Positions 27,230 through 40,499 of a stretch of 64,000 nucleotides of DNA are shown here, piece after piece. Source of the stretch: Dicyema japonicum (taxonomy: Eukaryota; Animalia; Dicyemida); NCBI GenBank assembly GCA_011109175.1, contig RDEW01000019.1:858921-922920 (forward strand). The letters run 5' to 3'. Position 1 is the stretch's first letter; each line of letters starts with the position of its first letter. The translations under genes were made by a program, and so were the position numbers. The notes beneath the pieces were generated by a model. That model saw nothing but the letters and a program-made list of their open reading frames with translations. It ran no database searches and was not told the origin of the DNA.

Positions 27230-30110
27230 CAGAAAAGTTAACTAATTTGAAATTCCACTTTTGCCAAACATCTCTAGATAAGCGCTGTGAGTCGTTTCCA
27301 TCCTCCCTTGTTTCTCGCATCCGCCTTCAGATCATCCAGATCTTCTCCTGTTTTCAGTTTTATTCCTATGCAAGTGAGTTCTTTGTCGACTTCGATACGT
27401 TGTTTTGTTTAATACAGAAAAGTATGATTTTATGGCCTGATTGGCCGGTGCCACTTCCAAAGCTCTTAGGATATGTCCAAAGAGCTGCCATCTCGCAGAA
27501 GTAACTTTATTCCCAATCTTTGTTGTTTGAGTGATTCTATATAGCTCGTCGTTGGTTATCGGTTTTGGCCAGTAGACTCCCGGAAGAAATCACAGTTGTT
27601 TTCTGTGGAGAGTTGAGGTTCTCCAGTTCTTTGGTGGTTAAGCTCCATGTCCCCGCGTTATAAAGTAGAATTGGTTCGTTATAGAAGTTGTACAACCGAA
27701 TTCGAAGGCGGTCCTCCGTCCTTGTTTCTTCCCTCTTGAGTTCAGTTACCTCAGTCTTGTCCGAATTTACTGTTAGGAACCATTCAGCTAGTCTTCCAGC
27801 AAGCGCTTGTTTCTTCCCTCTTGAGTTCAGTTACCTCAGTCTTGTCCGAATTTACTGTTAGGAACCATTCAGCTAGTCTTCCAGCAAGCGGGTGAGCGAT
27901 ATTTTGTCATTAGAAATAAAGTCTACGTCGTCAGCAGACGCAATAATGTTTGTCTTTTCACCAAGTATCGGTTTTGATTCCCGTAGAGCAGCTCCAAGGT
28001 ATATGACAAAAAGAATAGCTGATAATGGGTCTCACTGTGGAGTGCCAACAGTAGTCTCAAATTGGCGAGACAAGGCTCCCACGACTCTTGCAATGAGCCA
28101 AGTATCAGCTAGGATAGTTTGTGGCCATTCTGACAATGGAAGCGTCTAGGAAACTCCCCAGAACCAATATTAGCCTCCCTCTGTCGACAGGGTCGAAGGC
28201 CCTTGAAATGTCGATTTGAGGATGGTTGTAGACATTTTGAACTTTTGAACGGTCGCAGATCTCCACTTTTGGGACCACAAAACATCTGAGGTAGATCTAC
28301 CTCTTCTGAATCCGCTGTGGTTTAGCGACAGAAAAGTATCTAGGCGTCCTTCCATCCTTTGTAATGTTATGTTCGTCAGAATTTTCCGAAGTGAATTCAT
28401 TAATATGACTGGACGGACGTTCCCCATTTTGGCTCTTGGTTTATTCGTCTTCTGTACAGATATCAAGATACCCTCTCTAAGGGTCAGCGTGTGACCGTAA
28501 TAGTACATTTCATTCAGGATCCTAGCGATGCATTCAGACAGCTTTTGGGTTCCATATTTGAAGAATTCATCACCGAGTCCGTCGGGGCCAAGAGTCCTGT
28601 TGTTTTCAACTTGGAACTCGCATGTTTAACTTCATATGGTGTGATTTCTTCGTCCAATTTTTCTTGTTCTAAGATGATAGTGTCGTTCCTTGGATTGAAA
28701 AGTTTTCCAAAATGGGCAGCGATAATTTCCGCCACTTCCCTTTGCTTCACAATCTGCGTTCCTTTGTCATCTCTTATCATTATCGGTTGATGGTGTCTCT
28801 TTTCTTTCATCTGCTTAACAGCCACGTAGAACTTTGCGTTGTCCTTGAGAGATTCTATCTTCTTAATCTGGTCCAGTGCTCTATTTCTGTTATGCTGACG
28901 TATAGTTTTTCTTATTTTTGCTTTGATAGTTTTTTTTCTATCAATAATTTTGATTTTACGTTCGAATCCATGTGATCTTTTGCTTTTTGGCAAGGTCCTT
29001 CACCATGTACATGTCATTGTGCGATGGGATTTTCTCATGTTCTTTTAATAGATGCAGGCTGGCTCCTTTGTGTATTGACTGCTTTACAAAATCCCAAGAT
29101 TTTCCGGGCGGCAAATCTGTAGGCATGTTTTCTAGTTCTGCATCAAAATATTCTTTGAATGCTAGGACCCCTTCTGATTGACTGATTAAGGATTCCAAAT
29201 TATAACGTATAAAGTTGGGTTCAGTGGTTCCAAAGTGTTTCCATTTCGTTATTTGTAATATCATAAATCTCTTTAGAGAAAATCTAGCAATAACCATTTT
29301 GTGGTCGCTGTCGATAATCGATCCACCATAAGCTTGTGCATCAAGTATAATCCTTTGATCTTTCTGTCTGCAGATGATGTAGTCAATTTTGTTGTATATG
29401 TTGATTACTCGCCCTTCAGAATTTGTTGTATATCCTGACCACGTTGATTTATGTCTGACTGGATGCATGAAGGCTGTATTGCATAAAATTTGTTCGTTTG
29501 ACAAAAGTTAGCCAATAGGGTTCCAGGGAGATTTCTTTTCCCCTATTATCCCTTCCCATGAATGTCTCATCGGTTGTAACTTGGGTGCCAGCTTTCGCAT
29601 TTAGGTCTCCTGCGATCATTACTAATGTTGATAGAGCATACTGGAGAAGACGGAGAAAGACTGGTGTAAATGTCATCTTCGACGGGTTGAGGTCATCCAG
29701 TTTCAATTGCAACATCCCGATTCTATCATTCACGCTGTAATAGCGGCAGACTCTCTTGGATAGATCATTCCTAACGGCAAATCCTAGCTCATAGTAGTGC
29801 TTGTTCCAACCTGGAAGGAAGACTAGTCGATAGTTCCCATGTTGTTTTTCGATCTCGTTGATTAGTTTAGTCTCCTGAAGGTAGGCGACTGAAATCTTGT
29901 ACTTTGAAAGATCCTCGACCAGTTCTTTCTATTTCCAAACGCTAGAGAGTCCCCTGACGTTAAACGTGAGAAAGGAAAAGTCAAATGACTTGATAATGTG
30001 TTTTCCAGACATTGAGTTCAAGAGCCACGTCACCAGCTCAATCAAAAAAACTGTAGACTGTTTAGATTGCCTTTTCCCTTTCCATTCATCCATTTCCCCA
30101 TACAACAGTT
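27230..30110 (-). mobile_element. Near full-length RTE-clade LINE, decayed
   Basis: TFNVRGL, YLQETKL, AGDLNAK, IDYII, DSDHKMV (APE); RPVILMNSLRK, GFRRGRSTSD, PLSAILFVIYL, SADDV (RT); GWKRLT near the 3' end. Confidence 0.9.
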
Positions 30111-32186
30111 AAAGAATCCCTCAATATACAGTCTCATTAAAAATTAGATAGGCTTTTCAACACCAATTTTTACTGAGAGTGAGTATGGTGCGATGGCAGT
30201 ACTATTCTTGACTCTGCCAACAGAGGACATTGATGAAATACTCAGCCCTATGAGATTTTTCCGTTTTGTCCCAATTGCTTCAAAACCCTCAGAGTTGTCA
30301 GAAGAATTGGAAAGAGTAGTCAAGAAAATTTAGAATGCAATCACGAAACCACTAAGAGACTCTCCGAGAACTGAAATAATTCCAGCGGTGCTTTTTTATT
30401 AAAGGAATAATTGTCTGATCCTATTTTCCGGGAAAACCATAAGTGAGATCTCTCAATCTACCGTTGAGAATATTTTTTTGGAAATTTAAGTAAACACGTA
30501 TCATTACTCGGAAAAAAGTCTTACAAATCTACTGATGCCTTGGAAAATTACTTGCTAAATCGCTTTAAAAAATTAAAAAATTTCTGAAATTCTCCAGTGA
30601 TACATGAATCTCCGCATACTTTGAAGTGCTTAATATCAAGGAAAGGCGAACCGTTTATCTTAAATGGTATTGCCTTTGATAGGCAGAATCTAATACCATT
30701 AGTCTGGTAAGGTGGAGGCAAAATTATGTTATTTATTAACCCTAGGCTAACAATCTTTGTTAAACACAGCAACAAGTCATAACTAATTAATCCAAGGATG
30801 GAACCTAAGGGAGAATGTTTCCTTGTGTCGAACAAATCCATCTTCCAATAATCCATTACAAGCTTACGCTTTCGAAGAGAGATGGAGAAGTAGTTCCACT
30901 ATCTTCCGTTTTTATCGTACGTCTTACCGTTGCCACCATCACTTCATTCTTAGGGAAGGAGTTTTCATAATGGTAATCTTCACCAGTTGGGAAGAAATTC
31001 TTTATTTTAAAAATGGTACTGCGTTTGATAGACAGAATCCGATCCCATCGGTCGATTATATTTACCTGTAACGGGGGCATACAGCGGTCAAATGCGGTGG
31101 AGGTAAATTTGCCAATCTCAAACTTTAGAAGGTACAGTAAGATATTGTTTCCCTTACACCTTTTATCGTGGTTAAGTGAGATTTTCGTCGAACAAAAGTA
31201 CGGAACCTTAAAATGGCATCACAATGTCAAGATCTTAGCGAACATTTATTGGCAAAAATGAAGTACAATTTTGCTGAAATTTTATCAAAAAGAATGGCCA
31301 AGTCCGATGAACAGAAATGTGTAATTTAATACCAAAACTTTTCATAAAAATTTTAATTTTGTAGATAAAAAAAGTCAAGACATGGGAGATTATTCGCGGC
31401 AGGCATAAGTGGAGATGAATAAAAAAACGACATCACGAAGTTTACGTAAAAATTAAAAAATTTCATAATTAAAAAAAATCAAATTTGTCGTTTTTGTAGT
31501 TTAAATTTTTTAGTGTAAATAAGAATAGAGAAGTGATGGAAACAATTTTTGAAAAATAGCTTACAAATATTTGAAATAGAAATCTTGTTAATATTTCACT
31601 TAAAAATATTCCGAAAATTGGAATCTAATTTTTTAACAGCACTGTATGACCTCTCTAAAAAGGATCCTTAGACAGTGACAATACTTGTCATATTTCCTGA
31701 CAAATTCCGGACAGTAAAAAGAAAAAATATTGATGTATATTATTCCAGGTAACCAATCGATATCCTTATTATTTAAATTTTTTTATTAAAGAAAAAATCT
31801 GGGAACTATGTGATCGTCTCGTAGCCACTACCAAGCAAACTATTTGGTATTAATTACCTTTCCGTAGAGGACCAGTAATAAACCAGGTAACATAGTCGTT
31901 AGAACTCTTGCTCAAATCACGATTAGCTGCGAATTCGATTAGAGCTCCGCTACTTATCCGAGCCAAGATTTTATTAGACGTTAATAACTCTATTCCTTCC
32001 CGATAAATCCAGTGTTACAGAATAAATACGACAATCCGGTTCCTCAATGGGGCATCACTAATGATGGAGTCACTGTCAACCAGGAAACATCGTAGACACA
32101 CGAAGCCTTCATCCGGAATCAACAGCTGTGAGATTCAAACAGGGAACTATCCGGTATTTATGCAATTACCCATCAAATTAAATAAT

Positions 32187-33810
32187 ATGGCTTTTAATGA
32201 TGCAAACTGCAAAAGATGAGATCTGTAAAAATGCAACATAAGAAACGAACGGAAACGGATCACTGGACGGCTTGTTCGTGTGGTTTCCACATGTCCTGTA
32301 TTGGAATGATTAAAGCCCTGCCTGTTATTTCCGATTGGCATTGTCAGTCATGCCTCCTGACAGAGAAAACGACATTTTTGACTCTACGCTATCCTTCTGA
32401 ACAAGTGCCACTGGATCATCAGGAAGTACTTGAATTGAATTTAAATCTGACACACACGAAGGCTCCTGNNGAATGATTAAAGCCCTGTCTGTTATTTCCG
32501 ATTGGCATTGTCAGTCATGCCTCCTAACAGAGAAAACGACATTTTTGACTCTACGCTATCCTTCTGAACAAGTGCCACTGGATCATCAGGAAGTACTTGA
32601 ATTGAATTTAAATCTGACACACACGAAGGCTCCTGATCATGATTTTTAAAACTGCCCGTGTATCTGTATCGGACTGCCTATGCGAGTGTATTGAAAGGGC
32701 AGTCTCTTCGGACGACTCTGAGGATTTGGTACGATTATTTTCTTTCCCTCCATTCACACCCCATAAGAAAAAAAAAGAAAAAGAAATCACTCACGTCCAT
32801 AGTAAAAGAAAATATCCACACATTCTCCTCTGGGAAATTATTGGTTAACTCCGAAAAGCACATGCAGAGATTCCAGAACTACGAGAACCAAACATCGATT
32901 CTCTCGGACACAAAAAGATTACGAAGTGCAATACGTTGCAATTTGTGCTGCCGTGAGAATTCTTGGAGTCAGAACAGTATGCTTGAGGAATCCTACGCAG
33001 CACTCATTGAGCGACACCCAAGTCCCCCAAAAGACCTGCAGATCCCACCTTGCCCTGGAAAATTATCTAATCTACTTGTTTCTAGGGAGAGGACGTAAAA
33101 GATGGGATTCTCTCTTTTGTACCGAGCAGCAGTGGAGCATTTGACGGTCTCTGTCAGGTCCAAAACCTCATTGCTCACACGGGCAACCCTGAAGTCCGGC
33201 TTTGTCGGCTATGACAAAACAATGAACAGGATGCTTTCAGGGACACTACCAGAAGCATTTCGACACGTCATCTTCTTCGCAAAGTAAATTGCAATCGATA
33301 AAAGAAAAGGAATACGCCCTATTGATGTTGGATTGGTTTTCCGTCGGTTGGCCTCAAAACTTTTATTCAGAGTAATCCTGTTTGCGCTAGTAACACAGTT
33401 ACAACCCAAATAGGGGTCGGATCTTCCGGGGGGTTGTGAAGCGGCAATTCATGCTGTCCGTACGTTCACTGAGAAGAACAAGATTATCTTAATTTAATCG
33501 TCAAAAATAGATATCAAAAACGCCTTCAAAACGATACGTGTGATACAATTTTTGAAGATTGTTTTACATTCTACCCATCTGTATACAACAATGGTCATAG
33601 CTTCTATGGAAAACCTTCCAGTTTGGTCCACGGATAATACTTCATTCCCTCGTCATCTGGAGTCCAACTAGGAGACTCACTGGGCCCAACCTTGTTCATC
33701 CTGGGAATTGGCTGTATCAAGGGATATTATTCTATTTCTCTGAAAGCGTGTTATTAGGATGATTTCACCATAGATGGTAGTCTAAAGAATGTGCTAGATT
33801 ATTTGAATGT
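32187..33810 (+). mobile_element. CRE-clade non-LTR element, 5' half: PHD finger plus RT, decayed
   Basis: Frameshift-corrected CKKC..C.AC..FHMSC..DWHCQSC. RT motifs RPI.VGLVFRRLASK, GCEAAIHAVR, KIDIKNAF, GVQLGDSLGP.LF. Confidence 0.8.
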
Positions 33811-33829
33811 TCAGAGATCATTCCGAAAG

Positions 33830-34965
33830 CCACAGAAACCAAAGAGATCAGCTGGAAATGGTCGGATGCACCCTTAAAGATGATGGAATCAGAACAGTCT
33901 CAGAACACAAGAACAACAACTAAAAACAACTTTCTGGACGCACATACCTCTCTATTCCTACCCTGGTGTTCCCTGGATACAAGTCAATAAGGACTGACCG
34001 GAAGAGGAAGCTGGATGGTGGCCTACTCATTTTATACCGAAAATACCTTAAATGTGTGGAAATCACTTCAAGAATATCTTGTGAAAAATGGGAGACGACA
34101 ATGTTACTGAAGTCAATGCAGTCTCACTTGGAACAAAAAAATGGAAAAATTGCCTTTGTGAACGTCTATGTGCCTCCACATGGTTCTTGGCCGAAGCACT
34201 ACACTATGCTCAATTTATCTACTTTGGCTTCCTTGAACGACGTGATCATTGGCGGGAATATCAACGCCAAACACCCTCTATGTCTGGCAAGTCAACTGTC
34301 CGACTCAAGAGGAAAAGTACTACTTTCGTAGACAGGACCTTTCACGATCATGAATGACCCGTCAAAACATACGAGATCCCCTTCAGAGTCAGACCAACTA
34401 ACTTCTCCAGACATCACGCTTTGTTCTCACGGCATACCGGCAATATCGACTTGGTTAGTCACTTACAACTTAAGAAGTGACCATAATGCGATCTTTTTGA
34501 AGATCAAGAGAGAAACGTCAACTAGGAGGAGGTCCTCAGAACAATTCAACTACGAACGCGCAGACTGGAGACTTTATCATACACTTACTGACAACTTACT
34601 GCAGTACCTGGATGGCACTACTTCCATGGACAAAGTAGTCGCTTATGTAAACCTCACTTTCTTGTATGCGAGATCATTATCTGTACCTTAACACCACCTT
34701 AACTACACCAGGGGATATGGCAGGTCGGCATTAACTAAAGAAAGAAACGAACCCGAAAAGTCTGGTCGATTAACTACTGAGAATAAGCTTAGATTGAAGG
34801 CTTTGAACAATGAACTAAAAACAGGGAAGTAAGAGCACAAATATCAAGATGGAAGCATTTGTTCTCCTCGTTGAATAGAAATAGACCCACTAATGAAATT
34901 TGGAAGACCATCAGAGACGCTTCAAGAGAAGATGAAAGATCGTCCGAGGTGGATCACAGCCAATC
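33830..34965 (+). mobile_element. J1 LINE 5' part (APE and linker), joined to the XPD fragment
   Basis: FPGYKSIRTDRKRKLDGGLL, NVYVPP, GGNINAKHP, TSPDITLC, SDHNAI, EIWKTIR. Confidence 0.85.
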
Positions 34966-35401
34966 CAGGTGGAGAATAGTCTGCATATGCTTGAGAAGAA
35001 ACTTGAACTGTTTCCTAATTCTTTTTATGCTGAGGATCAAGAAGACCGACGTCCACGTGCAGGAGGAGTATAATCGGCTAATTGCGAGGATCCAGAATCG
35101 AGGAAAACCAGAAACTGTCTCTTTCAACCAAAGTGCGTTTTTTACTAACTTCTTAGTGTGCTCCGATGATCTCCTACAAGGTTTATGGCTTTGTAACCCC
35201 AGAGTCTGTGCCCCGGAATATCCGCCAGGCTGACCACTTTCTTCATTTCCTCCTCCGGTTCCTCAACTATTTGAAGTACCGAATGGAGAGCGACTTTGTG
35301 ATCAAAGAGACTGCCAACGTGTTTACCAAAGATTTGAAAAAAACCGCCTTAATTGACTCGAGACCGCTGAAGTCATCCGCTTATTTATTATCAAGATTTT
35401 G
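34966..35401 (+). CDS. ERCC2: ERCC2/XPD helicase internal fragment (Arch-domain region); 5' end abuts a LINE, 3' end runs into an N gap
   Basis: Spliced translation ..LEKKLEL|IKKTDVHVQEEYNRLI..FNQ|MCSDDLLQ|ESVPRNIRQADHFLHFLLRFLNYLKYRM..IDSRPLK|FC matches XPD [47 protein letters not shown]. Introns: 35010-34 (25), 35133-56 (24), 35181-202 (22), 35372-95 (24). Confidence 0.88.
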
Positions 35402-37379
35402 NNNNNNNNNNNNNNNNNNNNNNNNNNNNNNNNNNNNNNNNNNNNNNNNNNNNNNNNNNNNNNNNNNNNNNNNNNNNNNNNNNNNNNNNNNNNNNNNNNN
35501 NNNNNNNNNNNNNNNNNNNNNNNNNNNNNNNNNNNNNNNNNNNNNNNNNNNNNNNNNNNNNNNNNNNNNNNNNNNNNNNNNNNNNNNNNNNNNNNNNNNN
35601 NNNNNNNNNNNNNNNNNNNNNNNNNNNNNNNNNNNNNNNNNNNNNNNNNNNNCAATCCCAAGAATAGTAATTGTCACTTTGAATCCTTGTACCGTTGCCT
35701 ACCTCCATTTGTGGTTCTATACAACATCCGAAATCGATTTTCCCTTACGGGAGCCACTATGGTAGCTGGCAAGTATGAGTCTAAATCGATTTCGCCATTA
35801 TTCTTGTCATTTATAGTGATTGAATCTCCGTGAAGAAAATTTACCTGAACTCCCTTTGTTGTTCATCTATCCAGTTAGGTAATTTTGTCTATTGAAGACA
35901 TTCGAACGATACTTTGAAAGGTCTTCACAATGTTTTCTTCTTTTCCAGGTAGTAAAGAACCAACTGACATTGAACGCCAAAAGGGAGGTCTAGTCTTTGA
36001 ATTATGTGTTTTCCAGACATTCAAGTGGCATGTCAACATATTTTGTCTTTATTTTGAAGGTGAATCGAACTCAAAGGAATAACTTAAAAGTTATATATAC
36101 ATTCCGACCCAGAAGTGGTACGTCAACCTATTTTGTCTTTATTTTGAAGGTGAATCGAACTCAAAGGAATAACTTAAAAGTTATATATACAGTCCGACCC
36201 AGAAGTGGTACAAAAATTCCCAAATTTTGAAGTTTTCCCCAGAAATGAAGGTGTTAAAAAAGCGAAAAGACTTCCTTTAGAGATATCATACTTCTCAAAA
36301 ATAAATGATATTTTTTTAGACGTGAATGTATTTTCATTTTGATTTAACTTCCTGGTCATATTTTTAAATTTATAAGATATATTTAAAAATTAAGAAATTT
36401 AAAGTAACATTGCTTACAAGATTGATAAGCTTAAAAATTTTATTAATAATCAATTTATTAATATTAAGCAAATATGTCAAGGATAAAGTGAATGATCATC
36501 CATGCCGAACTGGACGACCTCCTTGCCGGTCTGAGATCACTTAGTTAGTTGGAAACTTTCTCCTTCCCATTAACTCAGTGATCCTGGGGTAATAAAATAA
36601 TTAATAAATACCAAGACGATGACCATTCCTCTCTATTTGTCTTTGGATTAATTAGTTGTGTCTGTTTGTGCTTAGCTTACCAAAGCTTGTAAGCCTGGGG
36701 TTAATTAATAGATAGCCCAACTGGTTTATCGATCTGCTGAGTGAAGCTGAGGGCCCGGCTGTCTAGAAAATAGCTAATCGATTGTTAGAGATCTATTCTC
36801 TTAGCCAATTTTTGGATATAGAAGTTTAAAATTCTTTGAAAAACTAAACAGACTTGTTTGCTGATCAGCTGTTTGAAGATCTGAGGTTGGGAATGTGTAA
36901 CCTAACTATAAATTTATNTAGCCCAACTGGTTTATCGATCTGCTGAGTGAAGCTGAGGGCCTGGCTGTCTAGAAAATAGCTAATCGGAGATCTATTCTCT
37001 TAGCCAATTTTTTGGATATAGAAGTTTAAAATTCTTTGAAAAACTAAACAGACTTGTTTGCTGATCAACTGTTTGAAGATCTGAGGTTGGGAATGTGTAA
37101 CCTAACTATAAATTTATCTTTTTTGTCTGGTCTCTTATAATCTCCATAAACTGAGTGATAAACTAAGAAACATCAAATATTCAAAAAAAAGTTTCGTGTT
37201 CTAGTTAGAGAGAAATTTGTACGATTCCTCAGCCTAGTTTTATATTTTGGTGTTAGGCATGTTAGATTCAGTTACTTTGAAGAATGATGCTTATAGATAT
37301 TTTTAGGAAATAAATAATATAGATGGTTTGTTGAAAGCAGACCAGTCGATATTTTGGTGTTAGGCATGTTAGATTCAGT

Positions 37380-38860
37380 TACTTTGAAGAATGATGCTTA
37401 TAGATATTTTTAGGAAATAAATAATATAGATGGTTTGTTGAAAGCAGACCAGTCGTCAACTGGACCTGGTTAATATCACAGAAAACATTACAGGATGACC
37501 TCTTGAATCCGCCAAAAACGTGGATCTTTCTACACACATCCAAAATATTATCTCTCCTTAGACTGTTGGAAGCGTTTCTGATATCCAATTAGACGAGAAT
37601 AAGTCGTTGGGAATCTTACATGTATCGATTTTTTAAGTTTAAAAAACTGAATAAACACAGCATGGCAACCAATGCGTATTCGCTAGTGGTGCAGTTTGCT
37701 AGGGTGAATTAGAGAATGAATACAGTCAATTTATAAAATGGGTTAAAGTTAATTAGATCAAGTTGGTCGAGAGCAAAAAGTTGTGGACAACTTAGAGATG
37801 TTTTTTAGACAAAATTAGGTTCGTAAGTGATGCAATTGAATTTACGATACAAAATCACGGATCTTCAACTGACTGAGAAGTCAGGTTTATTCAGATGACC
37901 TACTCCCATTCTTTCAAGATCGCCGTTACTACTAAGGCAAAATTCCGTATTACAAAATGAATTTCATCACCTGATGGAGTCTGGACATTCAGTATGCTGG
38001 AAAAATGACAGGGTGCAGATTGTGAGGAGTGGTGGGTGCTTGTTCAACATAATGTTTAGTTTTTGAAGAAAAAAGTGACTTGATAACAGCACGGGTTTTA
38101 CTTTTTAATAGCTTCGAACAAGCCGTTCTTTTGAGGGAAAAAATTTCTGTACTTAGTTAAAAGACGATCTCCGAGTCTCTCGTACTTGGTTAAAAGACGT
38201 AGGGTAGTATGGAAAGTGAATTCCTTCGACAAAAGAACGTTCTTTATGGCAACAGTAAGAGACCCCTTTTGGTGAAAATCTCAGGGGAGTCCTAGAACAG
38301 AAGAATCAAAACTGAGCAGACCTAGTTATGTGTCGAATTAGTCCGGAGGGCATCCTCGATAATATTGGAATGAGGAGGCCCTTTGGAAGGGCAGCTAAAG
38401 GTCGTGCGGTCTTTGGAATCCTCATAGCGAGAGTCCGTGAAAAACGTCGCTCGGAGATAAGACGTATGATTGGTTCCGAATCCTTGGTTGTAAATTGACT
38501 GGGAGATGAATTGACATTCATGGGAGTACAGGAATCCTTTAGGCNNNNNNNNNNNNNNNNNNNNNNNNNNNNNNNNNNNNNNNNNNNNNNNNNNNNNNNN
38601 NNNNNNNNNNNNNNNNNNNNNNNNNNNNNNNNNNNNNNNNNNNNNNNNNNNNNNNNNNNNNNNNNNNNNNNNNNNNNNNNNNNNNNNNNNNNNNNNNNNN
38701 NNNNNNNNNNNNNNNNNNNNNNNNNNNNNNNNNNNNNNNNNNACATACAGAACATCGAATCCTGCACTTGCGAGAATTGGATACTCTGCACCCTTTGCAT
38801 GAGGTGTCTTCGTGTAGTACATCATAAAAAACAGACATGAATAGATAATAGGAGAGAGAA
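37380..38860 (-). mobile_element. Second CRE 5' half (PHD N-half, gap, RT)
   Basis: MSVFYDVLHEDTSCKGC..RIRCSVC before the gap, RIPKTARPLAA after it, then DIRNASNSLRRD. Confidence 0.7.
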
Positions 38861-39079
38861 CTGTATATATTAACGACGACAACAACGACGACATTTATTT
38901 TAAGCAAAGAACAGTCATAATTAGGGCAACCAGAAAATTGCAATTTTTATTTTGAAAATTGCAAATAAAAATTTTTTAATTGTAAAAGATTGCATTACGG
39001 AAAAATTCCGAAATTATTTTTATTTTTTTTCTGGAATTAATAAAAATCTATTAACAATAAAATATTATTTAATAACTAT

Positions 39080-40290
39080 GGGGGAGAGCGGCTGCTGACA
39101 TCACGGAGTAGGCGTTTCCGCGGACAATTTGGATACCAATTCTGTGCCTCAGTCAGACCGCTTCCCGCACGTCTTTCTTGTGGTGGGCCAATTTTTCCCC
39201 GATTTCCTTGAGGAAAGAGGCTGTAATACTTCCGGCCGCACCAGACGTCTTGATTACTACCGGTACAAAACGGTAGCGGTCTCCAATTTCGCCATATTTT
39301 TTAATCTTGATCGGCTGTTGATCCAGCAGACTGCGTCGAGCTGAGTATAATCGAGTTCGAGATAGAATCCACAACAGTGCAGTCCCATACGAGCGATTTT
39401 CCCTCAGTGAACGGAAAGATAGTTAACCCATCCATCTCCGCGGTCCAATCCCACAGGCTCCAGTACTGCCGGGAAGCCTGCCGCTTCAAGAGCTCGCATG
39501 ACAATGTTGTTCATATCAGCATGGCGGGGTGCTCTTCCCACACTCCTTTTGCACGAGAGCGGGTGCAGCCCTTTGGCATCGACGATCCCTTCACAGCGAC
39601 ATTGGTGTTCGACGCAAACATCAGCTCCCAGGCGTTGTGCGATCCCAATCCGAATACAGTCATCGTCCAAACGGGTCCTCAGGGAGGAACACGGGAGTGC
39701 ATCCAGCCACGCTCCGCTCCAATGGTTGGAAATTATTTATTTATCTAATTTTATTTAGAACAACAAATAAATTAATTTAGACAATAATTAGGACGACAGA
39801 ATGGCGAAAACGTTACCTCTGATAATCGCCATTTCGAGACTCTGTCTCAACCAGAGTCCCTTTTGTGGCTCGCACCTTTTTGAGGCGAGTTTGCTTCCAA
39901 TGCTGTGGAGAAAGGCGTCCGTCTTCGCGCCTACAGTTCCAGTTGTCTCCACAGCAATAAAGGCGAAATGGTAATGGTCTCCGAGGGATTCGTACTTATA
40001 AATCTTCTTGACCTCCGCATGGTCGGCTGCGTCTCCAGGAAAGTGCGTCGCCATCAGCAATTTGGCTCCTGAGAAGGTGTCCACACACGTTGCGTCCCAG
40101 ACGAGTGATTTTCCATGGGAGTATGGGAATTACGTCATTCCATCCGGCCTCTTCCCGTCGTCTCTGTCTATGTCCAATGGTTCCAATTGGGTCGGAAATC
40201 CCTCAGCCTTGAGGGCTCGAAGAATGATGTCATTGAGGGATGCGTGGCTCGATTAGCACTTCGACGGCAAGAGAGTGGATGTAAGGGCCT
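39080..40290 (-). mobile_element. Two tandem CRE 3' fragments (39080-39730 and 39790-40290)
   Basis: RLGADVCVEHQCRC..RHADMN..LVWD; FAFIAVETTG..SLEMAIIRGN. Confidence 0.85.
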
Positions 40291-40416
40291 CAAACTTTCA
40301 TTAAATTATATATAATTGCAATTTATTGCCCTAGTTATATTAGCTAATCGAGGGAGGATCAAGAAATACTCTTCACTCCTTTGTTTTCTTTTTCTTGGGT
40401 GTATATCCTTTTAGTC

Positions 40417-40446
40417 CATTGTTTCTCAAACTGGGGTACGCGGTAC
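40417..40446 (+). mobile_element. Possible solo hAT (Charlie-type) terminus
   Basis: CATTGTTTCTCAAACTGGGGTACGCG resembles CAGTGTTTCTCAAACT ends. No partner end found. Confidence 0.3.
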
Positions 40447-40499
40447 TTTTTGGACCGATAACCTTAATTATATAGTGACGTACCTGTATTTCACAGTTT

